Shown in pieces: positions 55,931 to 64,000 of a stretch of DNA of 64,000 bases; the first letter of the stretch is position 1; each line of letters opens with the position of its first letter. The notes under the pieces were generated by a model. It was not told where the DNA came from, did no database searches, and was given only the letters and a program-made list of their open reading frames with translations. The stretch comes from an uncultured Chloroflexia bacterium. GTDB lineage: Bacteria; Chloroflexota; Dehalococcoidia; DSTF01; JALHUB01. The translations under genes and the position numbers were made by a program. Where the stretch lies: positions 51,204-115,203 of the forward strand of contig CAVXOY010000017.1 of NCBI GenBank assembly GCA_963763495.1, in the 5' to 3' direction.

Positions 55931-56685
55931 GAATGAGAACCGCCATCCTCCTACGCTGCCGCCCTGCTCCTCTCAGTCGCCATCGTCGCCTGCAGCGACT
56001 CCGGGTCGCCGAGCCACAGGCAGCGTCGAGCTTGTCGATTCGCTGCCCCACGAGGGGAACGCCTGGGCCGAGGGACTGCTGGTAAGCGAGGGCATTCTCT
56101 GGGAGAGCACGGGGCTCAAGGGAGAGTCGGAGGTGCGCGGCCTCGACAAAGCGACCGGCGCGTGCTGTGGGCCGTCCCCAACCCGCAGGGCTTCTTCGGC
56201 GAGGGGCTGGTGCGCGCCTTCGGCAAGACGTACCTGCTCAGCTACCAGGAGGGCCAAGCCTACCTCTTCGACCGCGACGCCGCGCAGCCCTACGAGCCGT
56301 TTGCCCGCTACGAGGGCGAAGGCTGGGGCCTGACGGCGACGGACGAGTACCTCATCAACTCGAACGGCAGCGCCACCCTGTACTACCGCGACCCGGAGAC
56401 GTTCGAGATCGTGCGCGAGGTGCCCATCCAGTACGAGGGGGCAGCCGGTGGAGCGTCTCAACGAGCTGGAGTTCGACGGGACGTACGTCTGGGCGAACCA
56501 GTGGCAGACCCGCTACGTTTACCGCATCAAGGAGAGCGACCCGTCGCAGGTCACGCGCTTCGAGCTGCCGCCGGATGTCTGCCCGGGCGGCACGCCGAAC
56601 GGCATCGCCTGGGACGAGGAAGAGGATCGTCTTCTACCTCACCGGCCAGAGGTGCCCCGATATCTGGAAGGTGCGATTCCGCTAG
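55931..56685 (+). CDS. glutaminyl-peptide cyclotransferase (beta-propeller type) lipoprotein
   Basis: Signal peptide plus lipobox (MRTAILL...SVAIVACSD). Then ...LPHEGNAWAEGLLVSEGILWESTGLKGESEVRGLD..., ...ATLYYRDPETFEI... and ...NELEFDGTYVWANQWQT...GIAWDEE... These are characteristic of plant/bacterial-type QC. About 3 frame breaks. Confidence 0.65.
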
Positions 56686-56848
56686 CCGCGGGCGGCGTCA
56701 GGCCGGTCAGATCCCAGAGTCCTCTGTAGGTAACGCGGTAGCTCCGATGTCGCACCACCGGCGCCGAATCCGCTCACGCGTCGGGCTTCAAGCAACACCA
56801 TTTCCGCGTATCCTACCCGCAGAGGCCCGACGGAGCAATAAACCCCTC

Positions 56849-59800
56849 CTAGGCGTCGGGAGGCTTGAACTCGCGCGGCAGAGTGATCGTGAAGGTCGCG
56901 CCCTGGCCGGGGCGGCTCTTCACGCTGATCTCCCCGCCGTGCTGCTCAACCGTTCGGCGCACGACGGTGAGGCCGAGGCCGATCCCTCTCAGCTTGGTGG
57001 TGAACATGGGCTCGAATATCCTGTCGAGGCTTTCTGGTGCAATGCCCTCACCGTCGTCAGCGAAGACGATCTCCACGCGATCGCCGGACTGATGAGTCCT
57101 GACGTTGAGCTTGCCTCCTCGCGGCATAGCCTGAACGGCGTTGGTGATCACGTTGAGGAAGGCTCGCCCCAGGCGCTCCTCGTCGCAGACAACCGGTGGC
57201 AGATCGACGCCGAGCCTACGCATGACGCGGACGTTGGCGGGTATTTGCGCCCGCTCCAGAGCCAGGGTGACGACGGCGTTGATGCTGCACGCTGCCGGAA
57301 GGAGCGGCGGCGCCTGTGGCAAACTCCAGGATATCCTCGATCACCGTCTTGGCGCTGGTAACCTCTCGCCCGATAATGGCGACGTGCTTCTGGGCCTTGG
57401 GATCCGTTATCTGCGCCTGATTTCCCAGGAAGTACACGGAGTTGCTGATTACGCCGAGAGGGTTGCGCAGCTCGTGGTCAGGGTGGCCGCCATCTGTTCG
57501 AGGGCGCGCACCATACGTCGCAGCTCGGCGGCCCGCACCTGTTCAGCACGCAACTGCTGCGCCTTATCCTCCGCTTCCCTTCGCTCGGTGATATCCTCCA
57601 CGGTGCCGACCCGAGCGCTCACTTGGCCCTCCAGAGGCGAAAGCGGGATCGTGCGCGCGCGTAGCCACCGTGTCGCTCCTTGCGGAGTGACAATGCGGAA
57701 CTCGGCAATGAACTCCTTCCCTTCGGCGATTGCCTTTGTCCTTTCCACGAGAAGCGCTTCGTTGTCATCAGGATGGACGGACTTCACCCACCCGAATCCC
57801 CGGAGTTCCTGGCTGGGCAACCCGTAGATCGCCAGCAAGCGCTCATTGGAGTAGACCAGCCCATCCTACTGTCCACCAGCATGATGCCGATGGGCGCGGC
57901 GGTGGCCAGGGTTCGGAATCGCTCCTCGCTCTCCCGCAGCGCCTCCTCCGCCTGCTTGCGTTCGGTGTTATCACGTTGAACACTCTCGGAAGCGCGGCCT
58001 CGACTGCTTGAGCGTCTCCTCCGCCTGCTTGCGCTCGGTGATACGGTGCCGACTAACGCCAGCGGCCGACCGTCGTCGCCGCGGACGAGGGCGCGGCTCT
58101 CGCTGAACCAGCGGTACTGGCCGTCCTTGCGCCGCCAGCGGAACCCTTTCCGTAGAGCTATGCGAGATCGAGCCCTACGGCCAAGTAACTCATCGAGTTG
58201 TCGCCTGTACTGAGACCAGTCCTCAGGGTGAACCCGGCGACGGACACCCCGGATCCCCAGGCCGGCGAACTCTTCGGGGGTGAAGCCGGACAGGGGAAGC
58301 ACCGATGGGCTGACATATTCGAAGGTGTTGGACATCCAGCGTCAGATCTGTACACCATGATCGGACGAGACCTCCAGCACCCGGCGGAAGCGTTGCTCGC
58401 TCTCCCGCAGCGCCTCCTCGGCCAGCTTGCGCTCAGTGATGTCACGGGCACTGCCCACTCTGGCGATGGGCTTCCCTTCTCGAGTCGCGGATCAGCACGC
58501 CGTAGTCGCTAAGCCAGTAGTACTCGCCGGTCTTCTTCTTCCAGCGGTATTCGATCGTGGCGCCCGCTTCGTCGTCCAGGGTGTTGTCTAGGAATCTCCT
58601 TATGAAGCCCCGGAGCCGTTCCCTGTCCTCAGGATGGAATCTCTCGAGGACTCCTGCGAACCCCATGGCGGCAAACTCCTCGGTCGTAAACCCGGACATG
58701 GAGAGAACCGATGGGCTGACGTAGTCGTAGGCACGGTCTGGAAGGTTGAGCTTGTAGATGAAGTCGCGCGACACGTCGAGGACGTCGCGGAAGCGTTTCT
58801 CGCTCTGCCGCAGCGCCTCCTCGCCCGCTTGCGCTCGGTGATGTCGTTGGCAATCGCCAACAAGCGAAGCCGTCACCCCCAACCTCGAATCCCTACCGAA
58901 TGACATATCGATATCGCGCTTTCCTCCGGACTTGGTGGAGCATCCCCACTGTCAATCGCACCAATTCGGAACCTCCCTGCTCCGTAATCGTCTCCAGCAC
59001 CCTCTGTCGATCAGACGGGTCAGCCCATAATCCAAGTTCAAGCGCTGTATGTCCTACGACCTCTTCTGCGGCTATACCCCAGTGACCGCAGCGAAACTGT
59101 CATTGGCATCGACTGATCTGTGCGTCGCGCATTCTGATGATACCGATGCCCAGAGGGGCTGGCATGCGAAGACCCTTGGAGAACCGCTCTTCTGATTGCC
59201 GCAGCGCCTCCTCCGCCCGCTTGCGCTCAGTGACATCACTGACCATTCCCAGGATGCAGGGCTCACCACCGATGTCCACCATCACAAATGAGGTAAGCGT
59301 GTCACGTATCTCACCCGATCTCCGGCGAACTTTGCTTTCGAAGTCACGAACCACTCCTTCTTGGGAAAGCGTCTGTAGCATCAGATCACGATCGCTCGGC
59401 TCCGGCCACAGATCGAGTTCTCCGGGGGTTCGGCCTATGACCTCTTCGCGGCTGTGTCCGACTAACTCCAGGAAGCTCTCATTGACATCGATGAATTGCC
59501 TATCGCTAATCCTGGAAATAGCAGATGCCAATGGGGGCGGTGTGAAACACCTTGGAGAACCGCTGCTCTGACCGGCGCAAGGCCTCTTCCGCCTGCCTCT
59601 GCTCCGTCACGTCCCAGCTCATCGTCAGCAGGCAGGGCTCGCCATCAAGCTCGATCATCACCGCTGACACGTGCGCCCAGAGAGTGCCGCCCGTCTTTCC
59701 CCGAACCTCGACTTCAAGATCGCTGATCGCGGCCCCTGCCTGCAGCGCCTGGACCATCTTTTCGCGATCGGTGCTGTCAGTCCATATGCCATGCTCCGCC

Positions 59801-61278
59801 GCGCTGCGGCCGACGACCTCCTCTCGGCTGCGGCCCAGCGCCTCGAGCAGGGTGTCATTCACGTCAATGATCCGTCCGTCGCGCATGCTGCTGATGGCGA
59901 TGCCCAGGGCACTAGAGTGGAAGACCTTGGAGAACCGCTCCTCGCTCTCCCGCAGCGCCTCTTCCGCCTGCTTACGCTCGGTGATGTCGATGTGCTGGAT
60001 CACCGCGTTCGTGACTCTTCCAGCGGCGTCCCGTATCGGGAAAATAGCGACGTCGAGAATGACGGACGCCGTCCGCTGGAAGGTCAGCCCCTCCAACCGC
60101 GAAGTATCATACTCGAGTTCAAACCGGACAGCCCTTCCTTCCCTGAAGACGGCCTCTACCAGAGGGAGAAGCCCTTGTCCCTCCACAATGCTATCTTGGA
60201 GCACGTTATACTTGCCGACGACTTCATCCTCCGTGATGTTCAGCAGGTCACAGCAGGCTTGATTCAGTCTGATAAGCGTGCCGTTCTCGTCGGAAATGCG
60301 AGGGGCAGACGGGCTCTGACCAGATCATCCATATATCCGAAGATGCCCCGATTGCTCGGCAGCGCCTCCTAGCACGTATGCCTAGCGCCCTTGCCGTATC
60401 ACTGCAAACGCCGGGGACGGTGAGCGAAGATGTCGGACGATCCGCTCCTTGACTGGCCAGTTCTCGCGATCACGACCGGTTCCGCAACGCCTCTTCCGCT
60501 TGCTTGCGGCCGGGTAACATCACGGCTGACGGTAGAGGACAAGAGGGCCATACCCGGGAATCCGATAGGGCGCGAAGACGATGTCCCCGTAGCGCCAACT
60601 CCCATCCTTCATCCCCCATCGGACATCGACCTGCCTGCTTGGCTTGCCCTGGAGCGCCTGCTCAAACCCCTCCTGCATGGCGGGCAGGTCTTCTCGGTGA
60701 ATTTGATCCCATTTGTTGATGGCGGACAGCTCATCGCGGGAGAAGCCGAGGCTTCTTTCGGCCGCCGGGTTGGTGTAGAGAGCATGCCCTTGCGCATTCC
60801 ACACCGTGACCGCGTCGGTGAGGTTCTCAGCCAAGAGCCGGTACATCTCCTCGCTCTGCCGGAGCGCCTCCTCTGCCTGCTGAGCGGCGGTCACATCAAG
60901 CCAGGTACAGAGGTAACCGTCGAAGCGGCCTGTTTCATCACGCAGAGCATCGCAGTACACCTGGACCACCTTGTCCAGGCCGGGAGGTGTGGCACGATCC
61001 TCGACGTGCTCGTGGGCCTGCATCTCCTGATAAAGCGGACAGCTCTTGGGAACTCTGTCCGTACCGTAGAAGAGACTCCAGGCCTTCCTGCCGATGATCT
61101 CGTCCCCGGGCTTGCCCAGGAGAGCGCTGAGGCCGCTATTCGCCCTCAATATCTTGTGGTGGCGGTCCTGCAGCGAGACGCCGTGGGTCATCGCATCCAG
61201 GCTCGGCGACCAGTAGCGGTCGACGAGAGAAGCAGCCGGCATCACCGCGACCTTTGGGACTTCTTGCTTCGTGCCCAT
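56849..61278 (-). CDS. multi-PAS (about 6) sensor histidine kinase
   Basis: At least six PAS folds are separated by recurring coiled-coil linkers (EEALRESEERF...). HisKA and HATPase_c lie at the C-terminus (ORF 56849..57322 ...DDGEGIAPESLDRIFEPMFTTK...GLGL...). About 6 frame breaks. Confidence 0.75.
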
Positions 61279-61498
61279 CTTTCCACCTCCAGACGATTGA
61301 ATGACGGGAACGGCCGTGACAGCATGCGGGGTTGGAGGATAGAGGCCTCAGTAGCGTTGGAGGAGAGGAATCATCATGGGAAACCGCCAAAGTGGGTATT
61401 GCCACGCAAGTGCGACCGCGAATAATAGCCGTAAACTAAACAGGCTATCGGAGGCGACAAGGATTTCCCGACATCCCGTGGGATAGCGTAGTTAACTG

Positions 61499-61894
61499 GT
61501 GGGGGATTGTCAAATGTGCACCACAACCTCTCCTAGTCCGAGTGGCCGGGCTACGGTCTTCTGCGGCGCAACCACGCACTCGCCGCAGTCATCGGGGGCT
61601 ATCAACACTACACTGATGGTGGAGATAGAGCTTGACCTGGAAAAGGGAACGGTAGAGGCAGTCTACCTTGACCCGCGGCTTCAGAAATTGCAGGGCATCG
61701 TGGTATCGAAGCTGGAGGCAGCGCCCTCAGAGGACAGCCCACATCCGGAGGTAGAGATCGCAGAGGCGTGCCACTACTACTCTCCCTACCACAAGTTCCT
61801 TGCCCAAGCGCTCGGCATGTCGTCGGCATTTCTCGACGTGCTAACTCAGCCTGCCAGCGAGCCGGAGCAGCTACACCTACTCAGAGCTTCCTGA
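61499..61894 (+). CDS. small hypothetical protein, paralog A (VFCxG ... VEIExD family)
   Basis: 131-aa ORF paralogous to 62210..62545. Shared block: ATVFCGATTHSPQSSGAINTTLMVEIELD vs DSVFCSGSARLPQAYANTPAVLTVEIEVD. Confidence 0.5.
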   Translation: MGDCQMCTTTSPSPSGRATVFCGATTHSPQSSGAINTTLMVEIELDLEKGTVEAVYLDPRLQKLQGIVVSKLEAAPSEDSPHPEVEIAEACHYYSPYHKFLAQALGMSSAFLDVLTQPASEPEQLHLLRAS

Positions 61895-62029
61895 CAGTCT
61901 GACAGCGGCCACCTCCCGAACGGCCGGCTGGACATTCCCGCTCTGCCGCCTCTGCGAAACGATCAAGAAAGCCTGATCTCGCTATCTTGGGCGAAATATG
62001 CGCAATAATACGCACGTCAAGCAGTGTGG

Positions 62030-62160
62030 GGACAGCTAGAGTTAAAAAGCAGGACCTGGGGTCCGGGCTGAGTAACACCAGCCGAATACGGGACAAGTAG
62101 TGATCATGCCCGAAAGCTAGTGCGTCAACCTGAAGGTCCTGCTGGCCAGAGAATAGCCGA
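62030..62160 (+). ncRNA. candidate structured leader RNA upstream of small-protein paralog B
   Basis: GC-poor, non-coding. Long-range complementarity AGCAGGACCT...AGGTCCTGCT encloses about 85 nt. A conserved GCGnAATAATAnnC box at 62000-62013 has a counterpart at 61418-61430 upstream of paralog A. Confidence 0.2.
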
Positions 62161-62209
62161 CAGTCATAGAGGCTGTCAAGCAACAGGAGCGCGTCGGGGA
62201 TAAAACGGA

Positions 62210-62545
62210 ATGGACAGTGTGTTCTGCAGCGGCTCAGCCCGCCTCCCGCAGGCCTATGCGAATACGCCTGCTGTCTTGACAGTAGAGATCGAAGTCGACC
62301 CTAAGACCCGCTCCGTCCTTGCGCTCTTCATCAACCCTGAACTCGGTGGATTGAAGCGCCTGCTCGATTCGGCGATGGTCGGCAGGTCAATCGATGACAT
62401 CCCCTCGCTGAGCGCAGACGCTCTCAAAGAGCGTTACTTCTCTCCTCTTCGGAATGCAGCTCGTGCCGCCCTCCTCCACGCCTGGGAGGCGTTTCAGCAG
62501 TATGAGGGGAAGCAAGAGCCGGCGCTTCTCAAAGAGGCCGGCTGA
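62210..62545 (+). CDS. small hypothetical protein, paralog B
   Basis: 111-aa ORF. See paralog A. Confidence 0.5.
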   Translation: MDSVFCSGSARLPQAYANTPAVLTVEIEVDPKTRSVLALFINPELGGLKRLLDSAMVGRSIDDIPSLSADALKERYFSPLRNAARAALLHAWEAFQQYEGKQEPALLKEAG

Positions 62546-62565
62546 GCCCACTTTTCGCCCGCCGT

Positions 62566-63177
62566 TTACACCAAGTGGTGCCGGATGGCAAGGGCCGCCG
62601 CCGCCGATCTGCTATTGACGCTAAGGCGCGAGAGAATGTCCCCGACGTGTCTCTCCACCGTGCGAGTGCTGAGGCGGAGCTCGCCGGCGATTTCGCGATT
62701 GTGCTTCCCTTGAGCGAGCATTGCCAGCACCTGCAACTCCCGGTGCGTCAGGCCCACCATATGAGGCGTCACGCCCCCGGGCAAGCGGCGGGAAGCGCCC
62801 GGGCGCGCTTGGACACCAATGTCATCGGCGAGCGTCTGAGCTAGCTGGGGGATATCGAGGGGCTTCACGAAAACGTGACGGGCGCCGCTCGCGAGAGCCC
62901 TGCGGACGAACCCGTCGTCGGCGTAGGCAGTGATGACGTATATGTTGTCGCAGGCGCCGGTCTTCCTTATCTCCTCGACGACTGCGAGCCCTTCCTCGCT
63001 CGGGCATTCGCTGGTCGACCAGCGCCGCGTCGTACTTCTCGCGGCGCACAGCAGCCAGCGCCGCCCGGCCATCCTCCACCGTCGTCACGGCGTAGCCCTG
63101 AGCAGCAAAGATGTCACCCAGGGTTTCGCACGTGCCAGGATCGTCGTCGGCTATCAGGACCTTTAGGCTCTCTCCTT
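62566..63177 (-). CDS. NarL/FixJ-type response regulator (receiver + LuxR HTH)
   Basis: Receiver MKARRESLKVLIADDDPGTCETLGDIFAAQGYAVTTVEDGRAALAAV...ALVDQRMP lies in ORF 62822..63088 and upstream. C-terminal LuxR HTH LTHRELQVLAMLAQGKHNREIAGELRLSTRTVERHV. Two frame breaks. Confidence 0.75.
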
Positions 63178-63422
63178 GCCTTCATGATAGCGCGGACTCC
63201 TCACTCCCAAGGAGTAGGAGACTTCGTCCGTGCACTGACCCTGACAGATACATTATACGCGCCTCGTCAAGAGGGTGGAGAGCCAATCGATGAGCGCCGG
63301 GACAAACAGGAGCTGAATCCTCCCCGTGGCGCCGGCATTTGCGGCGCTGGGTGGAGCGTCGAGTGACTCTCATGGCAAACTAGCTGAGTAGGCGTTAGCG
63401 TCGCCGACCGGAAAGGCGGAGC

Positions 63423-64000
63423 ATTGTTCCGGCACACCCACTCGTTCGCGCCCGTCCGGAGATCGATATTGTGGCTGCTCTTGGTGGCAGCCGTCCTCCT
63501 CGCCGCCTGCGGAGGCGCGAGCGAGAAGGGATCAGCGCCGGCCACGCCAACGGCCACGGCGCAGCAGCCGACCGCCTCGCCGACCCCTGCCGCTACTGCC
63601 ACGCCGGAGCCGCTCGTCCGCCTCCTCTTCACCGGCGACATCATTCCCGCCCGCTGCGTATACACCCGCCATCAGGCCTACGGCGACTTCCGCCACGCAT
63701 TCCTGGAGTTGGGCCCGTTCCTGAGCGGAGCCGACATCACCGTGGGCAGCCTAGACTCCCCTCTCTCCGACGCGGGGAGGCCCCTAGGTTGCGTCCACAC
63801 CTACAACCTGCTGGCGCCACCCCAGAGCGTGGAGGGACTTGCCTTCGCCGGGTTCGACGTGCTCACCGTCGCCACCAACCATGCCAAGGACTGCGGCAGC
63901 GCCGGCGGGGCATGCGACGAGGCCTTGCTGGACACCGTCGCCAATCTCCGGGCAGCGGGAATCGCACCCGTGGGAGCGGGAAACAATCTCCAGGAGGCGC
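63423..64000 (+). CDS. CapA/PGA_cap-family metallophosphoesterase lipoprotein (3' end cut by window edge)
   Basis: Signal peptide plus lipobox (LWLLLVAAVLLAACGG), Thr/Pro-rich linker, then LLFTGDIIPARCV...VGSLDSPLSD...TVATNHAKDCG typical of CapA. Probable TTG start. Confidence 0.6.
   Translation, partial: MVPAHPLVRARPEIDIVAALGGSRPPRRLRRREREGISAGHANGHGAAADRLADPCRYCHAGAARPPPLHRRHHSRPLRIHPPSGLRRLPPRIPGVGPVPERSRHHRGQPRLPSLRRGEAPRLRPHLQPAGATPERGGTCLRRVRRAHRRHQPCQGLRQRRRGMRRGLAGHRRQSPGSGNRTRGSGKQSPGG

Overview
This is a high-GC (~66%) bacterial chromosomal window, 64 kb, densely coding on both strands. No rRNA, tRNA, CRISPR or obvious mobile element was recognised. It looks Chloroflexi- or actinobacteria-like, but that is a guess.

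Main blocks, from the left:
- A partial acyl-CoA dehydrogenase at the window edge, a tandem zinc-ribbon protein, a degenerate GGDEF membrane protein, a DUF362 protein and a decayed FAD-oxidoreductase pseudogene.
- A sugar/uronate utilisation neighbourhood: amidase, URO-D-like methyltransferase, GH1 beta-glucosidase, NHL-repeat lipoprotein, Gfo/Idh/MocA oxidoreductase, GH2 hydrolase, then (further right) phosphofructokinase, an SDR oxidoreductase and glucuronate isomerase.
- A tandem triplication of small LuxR-HTH + PAS regulators.
- A ~1340-aa secreted parallel beta-helix / TSP3 / dockerin protein.
- A histidine-kinase plus two-response-regulator locus, gene remnants, an orphan Tat substrate-binding protein, an ACC-deaminase-family enzyme, and a MacB-like ABC pair.
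- A ~1140-aa surface protein with CARDB and carboxypeptidase-regulatory-like domains.
- A second URO-D-like gene next to two family III CoA-transferases, and an AlkD-like repair enzyme.
- A complete selenocysteine-containing formate dehydrogenase-N operon (fdnG with in-frame UGA, fdnH, NrfD-type membrane subunit, fdhE, fdhD, mobA).
- A secretion and sorting locus: an esterase and an RCC1-repeat protein (14 tandem 111-bp repeats) share a C-terminal sorting-signal-like tail, and sit beside a membrane-anchored Cys/His protein and a glutaminyl cyclase.
- A >1400-aa multi-PAS histidine kinase, two paralogous small Cys-motif proteins flanking a possible structured RNA, a LuxR response regulator and a partial CapA-like lipoprotein.

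One caveat applies throughout. Clearly homologous reading frames are interrupted by single-base indels roughly every 0.5-1 kb, mostly at homopolymers. That pattern points to uncorrected sequencing error rather than true pseudogenes, so the coordinates below give the reconstructed full gene spans.
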